Shown: in pieces, positions 1 to 9,389 of the stretch
Layout: each line of letters begins with the position of its first letter
How positions within the stretch are numbered: the first letter of the stretch is position 1
Source of the DNA: Pseudidiomarina andamanensis
Lineage (GTDB): Bacteria > Pseudomonadota > Gammaproteobacteria > Enterobacterales > Alteromonadaceae
Assembly (NCBI RefSeq): GCF_009734345.1
Contig: NZ_CP032551.1
Span: 1,110,001-1,142,000 of the forward strand
Reading direction: 5' to 3'
DNA length: 32,000 bases
Translations under genes and position numbers: made by a program
The notes under the pieces: model-generated
Database searches by the model: none
What the model was told of the DNA's origin: nothing
Seen by the model: the letters and a program-made list of their open reading frames with translations, nothing else

Positions 1-256
1 GTTGCTTAAAGTTCTCTTTGTAACCTTTTGGAGTGGTCACCGTACCATTATCAAATGACACGCCTTCTTCGTCAGCGGCACGTGCGTTCGGCGCTATCAA
101 TGTCTCCGCGAGCTTTGCACCTTCATCAATAATTGCAACAACGGTGTCAATATCTAACTCCGCGAGCTCGCCAAACTGCGCCCAATCTTTATCAACTTCG
201 AAAACGTCTTGCAGCATAAACTGCATATCTTCACGTGGAACACGATAATCCGCCAT
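1..256 (-). CDS. Acyl-CoA dehydrogenase, N-terminal fragment (gene runs off the left edge)
   Basis: Absent from the ORF track because it is truncated. The reverse complement of 256..1 starts with ATG (254-256) and reads MADYRVPREDMQFMLQDVFEVDKDWAQFGELAELDIDTVVAIIDEGAKLAETLIAPNARAADEEGVSFDNGTVTTPKGYKENFKQ with no stop. A GAGG SD (rc of 264-267) lies 7 nt upstream. The N-terminus resembles the large proteobacterial FadE-type acyl-CoA dehydrogenases. The listed + ORF 33..248 is its antisense shadow. Confidence 0.75.
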   Translation of the reverse strand, partial: MADYRVPREDMQFMLQDVFEVDKDWAQFGELAELDIDTVVAIIDEGAKLAETLIAPNARAADEEGVSFDNGTVTTPKGYKENFKQ

Positions 257-279
257 AACAACACCTCTTCGCTGACGAT

Positions 280-296
280 GATTTCACGGTGAAATC
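280..296. promoter_or_regulatory. Perfect 8-bp inverted repeat GATTTCAC-g-GTGAAATC upstream of the acyl-CoA dehydrogenase start (candidate operator)
   Basis: Read directly: gatttcac g gtgaaatc. It lies about 25 bp upstream of the ATG at 256 (minus strand) and about 40 nt past the gspB stop. No U-run follows on the minus strand, so it is not a classic terminator. Confidence 0.3.
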
Positions 297-335
297 AAAC
301 AGTAGATTTAAACAGGTGTTTTAATAACAGATTCG

Positions 336-1052
336 TTATGGCTTTGTCCAGTCTTCTAAGGCGGGTTGCTGAAAAGCTTGATCATTCTTTGACAACACGA
401 CATGAGCAGGCGCAATAGTTAAAATGGTTAAGCCCTGATAGCTCTCACCTTCGAATAAGCGCACGCCACTAAGCTCAACCCAGCGGGAATTGGCCCGCGA
501 TGAATACTGATGTCCATCGTAAGTGAAACTTGGAACTGAACGCTGAAAGCTTGAGCTTAATTGTGACAACGCTGGTACTACACTCAAATTTTCGCCTTGC
601 TCACCTAATGCACTCTCAAAGGCGCTCAGCATTTCAGGCGAAATTTGATTGAGGTCAATTGCTTGATTCTCGTTCAACACTGAATTGTCAGCCTGCTGCT
701 CTGCCGAACTGATTAGTTCATCGCCTTGTTGCTCGGCAACCTCAGGTTCGGCTTCTTCTTTAATATGCCAATTAGGTTGAGTAATCGATACGACAGACCC
801 CATTTGATAATGAGTGGATTCGGTCGTCGATACCTCAGTTGCTTGTGCTGATAGCTTCGAGTGAGCTGCATCTGCGATAAACTGCTGACTGATAAGCCAT
901 CCAACAACAGCACCAACAATAACGACCGCGACTACAATCAACGTTTTGGTGAGTGCACCTGTGCGCTGTTGCGCCGACTGCAGAGCGATAGCGCCCGGTT
1001 GCTGCAACAGCGGCGATTGTTGATTGCGTAACGCTTTAAGTACCGATGACAT
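336..1052 (-). CDS. gspB: Type II secretion assembly protein GspB/ExeB-like
   Basis: 238 aa. N-terminus MSSVLKALRNQQ is followed by a single TM helix (LIVVAVVIVGAVVGWLI). The C-terminal segment VPSFTYDGHQYSS...WVELSGVRLFEGESYQGLTILTIAPAHVVLS is typical of the GspB C-domain. The start overlaps the stop of the upstream exeA-like gene by 1 nt (TAATG). Confidence 0.7.
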   Translation of the reverse strand: MSSVLKALRNQQSPLLQQPGAIALQSAQQRTGALTKTLIVVAVVIVGAVVGWLISQQFIADAAHSKLSAQATEVSTTESTHYQMGSVVSITQPNWHIKEEAEPEVAEQQGDELISSAEQQADNSVLNENQAIDLNQISPEMLSAFESALGEQGENLSVVPALSQLSSSFQRSVPSFTYDGHQYSSRANSRWVELSGVRLFEGESYQGLTILTIAPAHVVLSKNDQAFQQPALEDWTKP

Positions 1053-2503
1053 TAACGCCCCTCCGATTTATCTGATGTCGCTATTCGCGGCCCTGATGTA
1101 TTATCGTTCGCGCTCAACCACGCAAGCGTGAGTGCATCCAGTTGCCCAGTCGCTTTCACACCCGCGCGTTGCTGCACATGACGCACCTGATCAATAGCAT
1201 CGTCTTGTCGAGCGGCGCCGTGCTCTAACATTTGTCTGGCTAGCCACTGTTGATAAAGTGATTGCTCAGCCTCTACATCGGCGTCAAAGTATCCCGGCGG
1301 TTGCGCAATCACGATGACGAATTCACCAGTCCAGTCGCCGTTGGGGGAGGCATTCTCATTATTCACAAATTGATAGCCACCATCCTTCAAGGTCAGTAGC
1401 GCTGGTAGCTCAGGAATCAGAATTTGATCCAAACGCGCACTCGCGCCCACACACAGTAATTCGAACGACTGAATCCACTCACAAAAAGCTTGATTTCGCG
1501 GTGGGTTTGGAAGCTTCCAAGCTTCTGCCATAAGCTCAATGCCACTTTCTTGCGAAGTCGTCGGTTCAATGAAGGGTTGAACCACCTCAGCTTGACGCCA
1601 ATACCAGTTCGCCACACCGGCTAACCCGGCGACGACAGCACCAGCGACGATTAACTGCAGCCAACTAGCCCCAGACTTTCCTTCATGTTGAGGTGATGAT
1701 CCATCTAACTCTTTCACCGCAGTTTGAATGTGGCGAACCGTGACCACTGATTGCTGTTCGTTATAAGCTGCTAACAAGGCGCGATCGCACAGTAAATTGA
1801 GACGCCGCGGAATTCCTTCGCTCGCGAGGTGTACTTTTTTGACAGCCTTTTTATCAAACAGCCCACGCTGCGCGCCCGCAACCTGCAATCGATAGTTTAT
1901 ATACCGCTCGGAATCGGCTAACTGCAGCGGCAAAAGATGGTAACGAGCAGTAATGCGCTGGGCGAGTTGACGTAGTTCGCGACGGCGCAGTAAATCTTGA
2001 AGTTCCGGTTGACCGATTAGAATCACCCGCAACAGTTTGTGTTGATTCGTTTCTAAATTGGTTAGCAGCCGTAATTGCTCAAGCACCTGAGGCTGTAAAT
2101 GCTGGGCTTCATCAATTAACACGACGCATTGATGACTTTGGGCATGAGCCTCAAGTAAAAACTGACTGAGCTTATCGGTTAGTTGCTTTGCTGTTACTTG
2201 GTTTTTATTGTATTCAATACCAAATTCATCACACAGAGTTGCCAACAATTCATCTGAATTCAGCATCGGATTCAAAATAAATGCTGTGCGAGTTTGCTCA
2301 GGTAGCTGTTCCAATAGAGCTCGAGAAACCGTTGTTTTACCGGTACCCACTTCGCCGGTAAGCAAGATAAACCCGCCGCTGCCCTGCAATCCATAGCTGA
2401 GGTGCGCCAGCGCTTCTTGATGACGCTCGCTCAAATATAAAAATTGTGGATCGGGTGCAATTGAAAATGGTGCGGTATGCAATCCAAAATAATTAAGATA
2501 CAT
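1052..2503 (-). CDS. gspA: Type II secretion ATPase GspA/ExeA-like (AAA+ N-domain, TM segment, periplasmic C-domain)
   Basis: 483 aa. N-terminus MYLNYFGLHTAPFSIAPDPQFLYLSERHQEALAHLSYGL with Walker A GEVGTGKTT and Walker B VVLIDEAQ. A TM helix (LQLIVAGAVVAGLAGVANWYW) follows. The C-terminal tail (GVKATGQLDALTLAWL) resembles the end of a peptidoglycan-binding repeat. It is paired with gspB as in Aeromonas exeAB. Confidence 0.8.
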   Translation of the reverse strand: MYLNYFGLHTAPFSIAPDPQFLYLSERHQEALAHLSYGLQGSGGFILLTGEVGTGKTTVSRALLEQLPEQTRTAFILNPMLNSDELLATLCDEFGIEYNKNQVTAKQLTDKLSQFLLEAHAQSHQCVVLIDEAQHLQPQVLEQLRLLTNLETNQHKLLRVILIGQPELQDLLRRRELRQLAQRITARYHLLPLQLADSERYINYRLQVAGAQRGLFDKKAVKKVHLASEGIPRRLNLLCDRALLAAYNEQQSVVTVRHIQTAVKELDGSSPQHEGKSGASWLQLIVAGAVVAGLAGVANWYWRQAEVVQPFIEPTTSQESGIELMAEAWKLPNPPRNQAFCEWIQSFELLCVGASARLDQILIPELPALLTLKDGGYQFVNNENASPNGDWTGEFVIVIAQPPGYFDADVEAEQSLYQQWLARQMLEHGAARQDDAIDQVRHVQQRAGVKATGQLDALTLAWLSANDNTSGPRIATSDKSEGR

Positions 2504-2607
2504 GGCAACTTCGCTGCATTAATAGTTATAGTGTGAAACAGTGTAACGACTCGCTTGCATCAGGGCTAGTGATTCGCGATCATCATTAAAAAGCAAAAGG
2601 AGCAATT

Positions 2608-3714
2608 GTGGAAGTTTATCTCGTCGGTGGTGCAGTTCGTGATCAACTCTTAGGTAAGTCCGTGCATGAGCGTGACTACGTGGTTGTTGGTGCGCGCCCG
2701 GAAGAGATGCTTGCGCAAGGTTTCCGACAAGTAGGAAAAGATTTCCCTGTATTTCTGCATCCGCAAACCGGCGAAGAATATGCGCTCGCTCGCACCGAAC
2801 GTAAATCAGGTCAAGGTTACACAGGCTTCACTGTCTATGCGGCTCCCGATGTCACCTTAGACGATGATTTAATTCGTCGCGATTTAACGATTAATGCCAT
2901 AGCGCAAAGCCAGGATGGACAGCTGTTCGACCCTTATGGCGGTCTCGATGATCTCAAGAGTCGAAAACTGCGTCATGTTTCGCCGGCATTTGCTGAAGAC
3001 CCTTTACGAGTTCTTCGTGTTGCCCGCTTTGCTGCCCGTTTCGCTGACGATGGTTTTATCGTCGCCGACGAAACGTTAACGCTCATGCGTAAAATTAGTC
3101 TCAGCGGTGAACTTCAAACTCTCGCGGCAGAGCGTGTGTGGCGTGAAACTGAAAAAGCAATGGCGACCAGTGCACCCTATGTTTTTTGGCAGATATTAAA
3201 GTCGTGCGACGCACTTGAGCCTTGGTACAGCGAGTTTAAAAACTCAATTGATATCGAGAAACTTAAAATTCAAATGCAGCAGTTGAGCTCTAAGCTCAAC
3301 AGTCATATTGCTTGGGCACTCAGTTGTTATCGGCTGCCTATCGCAGCACTTAATCAGCTTCAGGAGCGATTAAAAGTACCCAACTTATATAGCGATATTG
3401 CTATCGCTGCACGCAAAGTCAATTGGCAACTAGCGCAACAGATTGACGCGACATGGGCGTTTCAAGCCATTGGAAAAGTTGATGGTTGGCGTCGTCCGCA
3501 GGTTGTGCAAGAGCTGTTTGTTATTTGGCAAGCCTTAGGTATGCCGCAGACAGATCTTGAGCGCATCCAACGCGCATTTACACAAGCACAAAAGGTAAAA
3601 GCTGGTGATGTGATTACGACAGCTCGACAAAACGGTATGGAGCTGAAAGGCCCAGCTATTGGCGAGGCTGTTGGCGCACAGCGATTAACGGCAATGCGCC
3701 ACAACTGGCATTAA
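2608..3714 (+). CDS. cca: tRNA CCA-adding nucleotidyltransferase (HD motif apparently absent)
   Basis: 368 aa with a GTG start 6 nt after AAGGAG (2596-2601). Contains [60 protein letters not shown] and [14 protein letters not shown], close to E. coli Cca over the head and neck domains. Confidence 0.9.
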   Translation: MEVYLVGGAVRDQLLGKSVHERDYVVVGARPEEMLAQGFRQVGKDFPVFLHPQTGEEYALARTERKSGQGYTGFTVYAAPDVTLDDDLIRRDLTINAIAQSQDGQLFDPYGGLDDLKSRKLRHVSPAFAEDPLRVLRVARFAARFADDGFIVADETLTLMRKISLSGELQTLAAERVWRETEKAMATSAPYVFWQILKSCDALEPWYSEFKNSIDIEKLKIQMQQLSSKLNSHIAWALSCYRLPIAALNQLQERLKVPNLYSDIAIAARKVNWQLAQQIDATWAFQAIGKVDGWRRPQVVQELFVIWQALGMPQTDLERIQRAFTQAQKVKAGDVITTARQNGMELKGPAIGEAVGAQRLTAMRHNWH

Positions 3715-3715
3715 T

Positions 3716-4510
3716 TTATAAAAAGAACGCAAATAATACCGCGCCGAGTGCTAATCGATAGATAACGAAAGGCAGCATCCCCATGCGGCTAATCACCTGC
3801 AAAAATACGTGAATACAAACGTAGGCAGCAACGAAGGATGTGACAACGCCCAGGATAATTGCTGACCAAGCAACGGCTTCAGGCTGTTGAACCAACTTCA
3901 AGCCTTGATAGCCACCGGCCATAATAATAATTGGAATGGACAGCAAAAAACTGAATCGAGCTGCGTCTGTTTTTGTGAGTCCGAGCATCATCCCTGCTGT
4001 CATAGTAATACCTGAGCGCGACGTACCCGGAATCAACGCGAGCGCTTGTGCCGCGCCAATAATCAATACCTGCTTCAATGATAGCTGTTCAATGGTGTGT
4101 TGTTGCGATGCCCGGGCGTCGGCGTACCAAAGCAATAAACCAAAAGCGACGGTGCTCGTTGCAATTACGAGCGCGGAACGCGCAAAGTTTTCAATCAAGT
4201 CATTGCCAAGCAAGCCAGCTAGGCCAGCCGGAACCGTTCCCCAAATAATCAACCAAGCTAGTCGACTATGAGCATTATGTTGTCCGCGTAGGCTCCCGAA
4301 CCAATTCACTAATAACTGCCCGACTTCTTTGCGGAAATACAACATAACCGCCAGTAGCGTACCGACGTGCACTGCGACATCAAAAGCGAGCCCTTGGTCT
4401 TCCCAACCAAATAACTGCGACGGCAATATCAGATGCGCTGAGCTCGATATCGGCAAAAACTCGGTAAATCCTTGGATCAAGGCAAGAATGATGGCTTCCC
4501 AAATGCTCAC
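3716..4510 (-). CDS. uppP: Undecaprenyl-diphosphate phosphatase
   Basis: 264 aa polytopic membrane protein with the BacA/UppP signatures [14 protein letters not shown] and [10 protein letters not shown]. Confidence 0.9.
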   Translation of the reverse strand: MSIWEAIILALIQGFTEFLPISSSAHLILPSQLFGWEDQGLAFDVAVHVGTLLAVMLYFRKEVGQLLVNWFGSLRGQHNAHSRLAWLIIWGTVPAGLAGLLGNDLIENFARSALVIATSTVAFGLLLWYADARASQQHTIEQLSLKQVLIIGAAQALALIPGTSRSGITMTAGMMLGLTKTDAARFSFLLSIPIIIMAGGYQGLKLVQQPEAVAWSAIILGVVTSFVAAYVCIHVFLQVISRMGMLPFVIYRLALGAVLFAFFL

Positions 4511-4525
4511 AGTACAAATGTCCTT

Positions 4526-5056
4526 CTAATTTTTATCATCAATAACTAGGTAAGGTAGCGCGTCGAATACTAAGGATATCGGCTCTAATTTTTGTTCACC
4601 AGAATAATTTGACCAATGTTCAGTAAATGTTCTATCTGTCACAGGGTGGCGAAGCGTCGGACTTAATTCGGCTAAAGGCCATAATACAAACGCATTCGTT
4701 AATATTTCTGCACGCGGTAGCTGAACTGGCGTGTCGCTAACCACCGCATCATACATCAACATATCAATATCTAGCGTTCTCGGACTAAATCGAGTTGCAC
4801 TGCCATCGTGGCCATTTGCTTTTTCAATCGCCTTACAAGCTGCTTGAATCGCATCAATTGATCGATTTGTTTCAACACAGGCGACTAAGTTGTAAAAGCG
4901 ACTACCAGCAAATCCGACCGAGTCACTTTCAAACACACGTGATATATACAGCGGATGCTGTTCGCTCGCGAACGCATCATGCAAGGCTTTGACACCAGCC
5001 TTGATATAGTGTTCTCGGTCACGATTGCTACCGATTCCAAACCAAACCCAGCTCAC
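4526..5056 (-). CDS. folK: 2-amino-4-hydroxy-6-hydroxymethyldihydropteridine diphosphokinase
   Basis: 176 aa with a GTG start (5054-5056) overlapping the folB stop by 1 nt. Contains the GIGSN motif, RTLDIDMLMY and the PH..R.FVL.PL-like LPRAEILTNAFVLWPLAEL. Confidence 0.85.
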   Translation of the reverse strand: MSWVWFGIGSNRDREHYIKAGVKALHDAFASEQHPLYISRVFESDSVGFAGSRFYNLVACVETNRSIDAIQAACKAIEKANGHDGSATRFSPRTLDIDMLMYDAVVSDTPVQLPRAEILTNAFVLWPLAELSPTLRHPVTDRTFTEHWSNYSGEQKLEPISLVFDALPYLVIDDKN

Positions 5057-5406
5057 TATGCTTGCCTAATAATTTCAACAGCAGTTTGACGCGCTGCAGC
5101 AACCGCTTGTGGCTTGCTTACCTTTACTCGCACCCGTGGCGCGTGAAAGCGTTCTAACACCAAAGTTGCGATTTCTTCAGCAACGGTCTCAATTAAAGCG
5201 CGCGGACGCTCTTGAATAAGTTTAATAATCGCTTGGCTCAGTGCATCGTAATCCAATGCATCGTGAAGCTGTTCAGACAGCGCAGCCTTTCGGTTATCCC
5301 AATCCATTTCTAAATCTAAGATGAGGGGTTGTGTCTGCTCATGTTCCCAGTCGTAAACGCCAATAAAAGCATCTACCACTAAGCCTTCAATGAAAACTTT
5401 ATCCAT
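5056..5406 (-). CDS. folB: Dihydroneopterin aldolase
   Basis: 116 aa. MDKVFIEGLVVDAFIGVYDWEHEQTQPLILDLEM and DYDALSQAI are typical of FolB. It sits immediately upstream of folK. Confidence 0.85.
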   Translation of the reverse strand: MDKVFIEGLVVDAFIGVYDWEHEQTQPLILDLEMDWDNRKAALSEQLHDALDYDALSQAIIKLIQERPRALIETVAEEIATLVLERFHAPRVRVKVSKPQAVAAARQTAVEIIRQA

Positions 5407-5522
5407 GCAAGAGTCCGTATCAATAGAAATTCAACGCTAAAGCACTTATGCTATGGGTTTGCATAGTAACGGAAAGCGAATCAGAAGCAAACGGCAACTG
5501 ACGCAACTAAAGTGAGCCAGCT

Positions 5523-6113
5523 ATGGGTGCCCTGATAATACTAGCGATCATTTCAGCCTATTTATTCGGCTCGATTAGCAGTGCTGTGCTAATCTGTCGC
5601 CTGTTTGGTCTACCTGATCCACGCACGTCTGGCTCCAATAATCCGGGCGCGACGAACGTTTATCGCCTCGGTGGAAAGATTCCTGCCGCTTTAACCCTTT
5701 GGTTTGACGTGCTTAAAGGAATGATTCCGGTGTGGGGCTCTTATTTCCTAGGGATTGAGCCATTTTATCTCGGCATTATCGCGGTCGCGGCCTGCCTTGG
5801 ACATATTTTCCCACTTTATTTTCACTTTCGTGGTGGTAAGGCTGTCGCAACGGCGTTGGGAGCAATGTTTCCCGTCGCTTGGGAAATGGCGTTATTACTC
5901 ATTGCTACATGGCTCCTGGTATTTCGTATTAGCCGTGTTTCATCAATGGCCGCATTAGTTACTGTGAGCCTAGCGCCTTTTTATGCATTTTGGATCAAGC
6001 CGCAGTACACCGTTCCAGTTATCATGATTTCGGTGCTAATTATGTGGCGTCATCAATCGAATATTGTTCGCTTGCGCAGCGGCCAAGAGCAGCGCACGCG
6101 ACGCAACAAATAG
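5523..6113 (+). CDS. plsY: Glycerol-3-phosphate acyltransferase PlsY
   Basis: 196 aa membrane protein. Contains [41 protein letters not shown] and WRH..NI.RL. Confidence 0.9.
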   Translation: MGALIILAIISAYLFGSISSAVLICRLFGLPDPRTSGSNNPGATNVYRLGGKIPAALTLWFDVLKGMIPVWGSYFLGIEPFYLGIIAVAACLGHIFPLYFHFRGGKAVATALGAMFPVAWEMALLLIATWLLVFRISRVSSMAALVTVSLAPFYAFWIKPQYTVPVIMISVLIMWRHQSNIVRLRSGQEQRTRRNK

Positions 6114-6117
6114 GCTA

Positions 6118-7140
6118 TTAAGCTCCGCAGGGCTCCGATAAATCAGCTAACGGCCAACGTGGAAACGTCTTCACTTTAATGTCAGTACGTTCACCTGCTA
6201 GCAGACGTTGAGCCCCCGCAAAAGCAATCATCGCACCGTTATCGGTACAAAATTCAGGGCGCGGGAAAAATACTTCACCACCAATACGCTGCGCAAACTC
6301 TGCCAATTGTTCACGCAAATGCTTATTGGCGCTGACACCACCGGCAATAACCAGTCGCTTCAAGCCAGTCTGTTCGAGTGCGCGACGACATTTAATCACC
6401 AGTGTGTCAACGACTGCATCCTGAAATGCTCGCGCAACATCTGCGAGCTGTTGCTGCGAACCATCCGTACTCGCTATCGTATTCGCTGCAAATGTTTTCA
6501 ATCCACTGAAAGAAAAATCGAGGCCTGGTCGGTCTGTCATTGGACGTGGAAACTTGTATTTATTAGGTAGCCCTTGCTCAGCCATTTTCGCGAGCCGTGG
6601 ACCACCGGGATAATCCAGCCCCATCAACTTCGCGGTCTTATCGAAAGCCTCACCAGCAGCATCATCAACTGACTCACCCAACAACATGTACTTGCCAATA
6701 CCGTCTACTTGAACTAATTGGGTGTGTCCGCCAGAGACTAACAATGCAACGAACGGAAACTCAGGTGGATTCTCTTCTAACATCGGGGCTAACAAATGCC
6801 CTTCCATATGATGCACAGCAATTGCTGGCACATTCCAACCAAAGGCTAAGCTGCGCCCAATACAAGAGCCGACTAACAAAGCCCCAACCAGTCCCGGTCC
6901 GGCGGTGTAGGCAACACCATCAATGTCTTGAGCTTCTAAATTAGCTTGGGTTAGAGCCGCTTGAATCAGCGGGAGGGTTTTTCGAACATGGTCGCGTGAC
7001 GCCAGCTCTGGCACCACACCGCCATAGTCAGCGTGTAACTTTACCTGTGAGTACAATTGATGAGCTAATAAGCCATGCTCGGTATCATAGATAGCAATAC
7101 CGGTTTCATCACAAGATGTTTCTATTCCAAGCACACGCAT
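6118..7140 (-). CDS. tsaD: tRNA N6-adenosine threonylcarbamoyltransferase
   Basis: Contains [24 protein letters not shown] and GGVSAN. I place the start at the internal ATG 7138-7140 (340 aa, family-typical [10 protein letters not shown]-terminus, GAGG SD just upstream). I do not use the 20-codon-longer track ORF that ends at 7200. Confidence 0.9.
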   Translation of the reverse strand: MRVLGIETSCDETGIAIYDTEHGLLAHQLYSQVKLHADYGGVVPELASRDHVRKTLPLIQAALTQANLEAQDIDGVAYTAGPGLVGALLVGSCIGRSLAFGWNVPAIAVHHMEGHLLAPMLEENPPEFPFVALLVSGGHTQLVQVDGIGKYMLLGESVDDAAGEAFDKTAKLMGLDYPGGPRLAKMAEQGLPNKYKFPRPMTDRPGLDFSFSGLKTFAANTIASTDGSQQQLADVARAFQDAVVDTLVIKCRRALEQTGLKRLVIAGGVSANKHLREQLAEFAQRIGGEVFFPRPEFCTDNGAMIAFAGAQRLLAGERTDIKVKTFPRWPLADLSEPCGA

Positions 7141-7202
7141 GACAAGCCTCAAAAATCTGGTGTAAAAAACGGCGCACAGTTTACCCCAGATTTTCGTCAA
7201 AG

Positions 7203-8318
7203 TCAGTCGAGATCGACCGTTGCCCCCTGCAAAGCACTGTCATCATCGCTCGCATTGCTATCGCCGCTCAGTTTGATTCGCAAGCGCAAATCGTTTGGCG
7301 CATCGGCATGACGCAACGCTTCGTCGTAGCTAATACGACCGGCTTTATAGAGGTCAAACAGCGCTTGGTCAAACGTTTGCATGCCAAGCTCGCGCGATTT
7401 CGCCATAATCTCTTTAATTTCACCCATATCATTGGTTGCGATTTTTTCCGCAACAATTGGGCTATTTAATAAGATTTCAATCGCAGCAACACGCCCACCA
7501 TCAATGGTAGGAATCAATTGTTGCGCGACAATGCCGCGTAGGTTCAATGACAAATCGAACATCAATTTACCGATTTTTTCCTTCGGTACCATGTGCATGA
7601 TCCGCTCAATCGCTTGGTTCGCGTTGTTAGCGTGCAGCGTTGCGACACACAAGTGACCCGTTTCCGCGAAAGTGAGTGCATACTCCATGGTTTCTTGAGA
7701 ACGAATTTCCCCCACCAGTATAACATCTGGCGCTTGGCGCAATGAGCTTTTCAAAGCAGCTTCAAACGATTCCGTATCACTGCCAACCTCACGTTGCGTG
7801 ATCATTGATTTCGCATGGTCATGAACAAATTCGACTGGATCTTCAATCGTTAAGATGTGCCCTTTCGAGTTTTGATTCCGATATCCAATTAACGCTGCTA
7901 ACGTCGTCGACTTACCTGAACCTGTCGCACCAACTACAAGCATTAGTCCGCGCTTGTTCATGATCAGCTTAGTAAGAACTTCCGGTAGCTTAAGTTCTTC
8001 TATTGTTGGTATTTGGGTAACAATTCGACGAACAACCATACCTGCGCGTTGGCGTTGCCAAAACGCACTTACCCGAAATCGACCGATACCTTCACGAAAT
8101 ATCGCAAAGTTAGCTTCTTTTTCATCCATGAACTCTTTAAGGTGTTTATCGCCCAACGCTTCTTTGACGATGGCGAGCGCCGCATTGTCACTCAACCTTT
8201 GTTCCGTCAATGGTGTCAGTTCGCCATTGATTTTGGCACTTGGTGGCAAGCCCGCAGAGATAAATAAATCCGAGCTGTTTCGTTCCACCATTATTTTTAA
8301 AAGTTTATCTAAAACCAT
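7203..8318 (-). CDS. pilU: Type IV pilus retraction ATPase PilU
   Basis: 371 aa. [19 protein letters not shown], Walker [28 protein letters not shown] and [15 protein letters not shown]; a PilT paralogue positioned directly after pilT. Confidence 0.9.
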   Translation of the reverse strand: MVLDKLLKIMVERNSSDLFISAGLPPSAKINGELTPLTEQRLSDNAALAIVKEALGDKHLKEFMDEKEANFAIFREGIGRFRVSAFWQRQRAGMVVRRIVTQIPTIEELKLPEVLTKLIMNKRGLMLVVGATGSGKSTTLAALIGYRNQNSKGHILTIEDPVEFVHDHAKSMITQREVGSDTESFEAALKSSLRQAPDVILVGEIRSQETMEYALTFAETGHLCVATLHANNANQAIERIMHMVPKEKIGKLMFDLSLNLRGIVAQQLIPTIDGGRVAAIEILLNSPIVAEKIATNDMGEIKEIMAKSRELGMQTFDQALFDLYKAGRISYDEALRHADAPNDLRLRIKLSGDSNASDDDSALQGATVDLD

Positions 8319-8320
8319 GG

Positions 8321-9355
8321 TTAGAAAGAATCCTTGTTCGCTGCTTTCGCCTTAGCATCGGCGCGCGAAACCAAGCCTTGGTTTAATAGGTTCTGCAAGC
8401 ATTGGTCTAACGTTTGCATACCGTGCGCCGCACCAGTTTGAATCGATGAATACATTTGCGCAATCTTATCTTCACGAATCAAGTTTTTGATGGCCGACGT
8501 TGCAATCATAATCTCATGCGCCGCAACACGACCACCACCGACTTTCTTCAATAGCGTTTGAGAAATAACCGCACGCAATGATTCTGAAAGCATCGAACGA
8601 ATCATCGGTTTTTCGTCACCTGGGAACACGTCAACTATACGGTCAATAGTTTTTGGTGCTGAGGTTGTGTGGAGGGTGCCAAACACTAGGTGACCAGTTT
8701 CCGCCGCGGTCATTGCCAGACGAATCGTCTCAAGGTCACGCATCTCACCTACTAGGATGACATCAGGATCTTCACGCAATGCCGAACGCAGTGCGTTATT
8801 AAAACTATGTGTATCACGATGCACTTCCCGCTGGTTAATCAGGCTGCGTTTGTTTTTATGAACAAATTCAATCGGATCTTCGATGGTTAAAATATGATGA
8901 TATTTATTTTCATTAACGTAATCGATCATAGCCGCTAATGTTGTTGACTTACCTGAACCTGTTGGCCCTGTAACTAACACCAAGCCACGCGGATTATCTG
9001 AAATAGTCTTGAATATCTCCGGCGCACCCAGCTGTTCCAAAGTGAGCACTTCACTTGGAATGGTTCGAAATACAGCGCCAGCACCGCGGTTTTGTACGAA
9101 AGCGTTAACACGAAAACGCGCTAAGTCAGGAACTTCAAACGAGAAATCGCATTCTAAGTTTTGTTCGTATTCTTTACGCTGGCGGTCGTTCATGATGTCG
9201 TACACCAGCTCTTGCACCTGCTTGTGACTTAGCGCAGGGATATTTATTTTACGAACGTCACCGTCTACCCGTATCATAGGAGGCGAATCAGCTGATAAAT
9301 GTAAGTCTGACGATTTATGTTTAACAGCGAAACTGAGTAACTCAGTGATATCCAT
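8321..9355 (-). CDS. pilT: Type IV pilus twitching-motility ATPase PilT
   Basis: 344 aa. Near-collinear with Pseudomonas PilT: [74 protein letters not shown] and AIKNLIREDK. Confidence 0.95.
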   Translation of the reverse strand: MDITELLSFAVKHKSSDLHLSADSPPMIRVDGDVRKINIPALSHKQVQELVYDIMNDRQRKEYEQNLECDFSFEVPDLARFRVNAFVQNRGAGAVFRTIPSEVLTLEQLGAPEIFKTISDNPRGLVLVTGPTGSGKSTTLAAMIDYVNENKYHHILTIEDPIEFVHKNKRSLINQREVHRDTHSFNNALRSALREDPDVILVGEMRDLETIRLAMTAAETGHLVFGTLHTTSAPKTIDRIVDVFPGDEKPMIRSMLSESLRAVISQTLLKKVGGGRVAAHEIMIATSAIKNLIREDKIAQMYSSIQTGAAHGMQTLDQCLQNLLNQGLVSRADAKAKAANKDSF

Positions 9356-9389
9356 ATAACAGCCTCTTGTAAGTGAGTTTTAGCAATTG

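Noticed and set aside
33-248. 71-aa + strand ORF at the left edge, listed in the track
   Set aside because: It is Ser/Ala-rich and low-complexity, has no RBS, and lies exactly antisense to a clean, motif-bearing acyl-CoA dehydrogenase N-terminus on the minus strand. It is a shadow ORF.
336-2503. Considered whether the exeA-like/partner pair is instead MshM/MshN of an MSHA pilus locus or part of a novel secretion module
   Set aside because: The ATPase has the TM segment and periplasmic C-domain of GspA/ExeA, unlike the shorter MshM. The partner has the GspB-type C-terminal domain. An isolated gspAB pair away from the gspC-N operon is the known arrangement in Aeromonas and Vibrio.
7141-7200. 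20-codon N-terminal extension of tsaD; likewise 26 extra codons on trmB (16243..16320) and 28 on the ompA-family gene (17451..17534)
   Set aside because: The internal ATGs give family-typical N-termini (MRVLGIETS; MSSEN... with SD; the MKRLS signal peptide with AAGGAG). The trmB extension would also read through the neighbouring terminator hairpin. The extensions are incidental open frame.
3936-8355. Long antisense ORFs inside uppP (3936..4271), tsaD (6208..6570, 6597..6944) and pilU (7381..7656, 7954..8355, 8013..8267)
   Set aside because: Each is fully nested opposite a gene with strong family signatures and has a skewed, low-complexity composition with no SD. This is the typical stop-poor antisense frame of a coding region.
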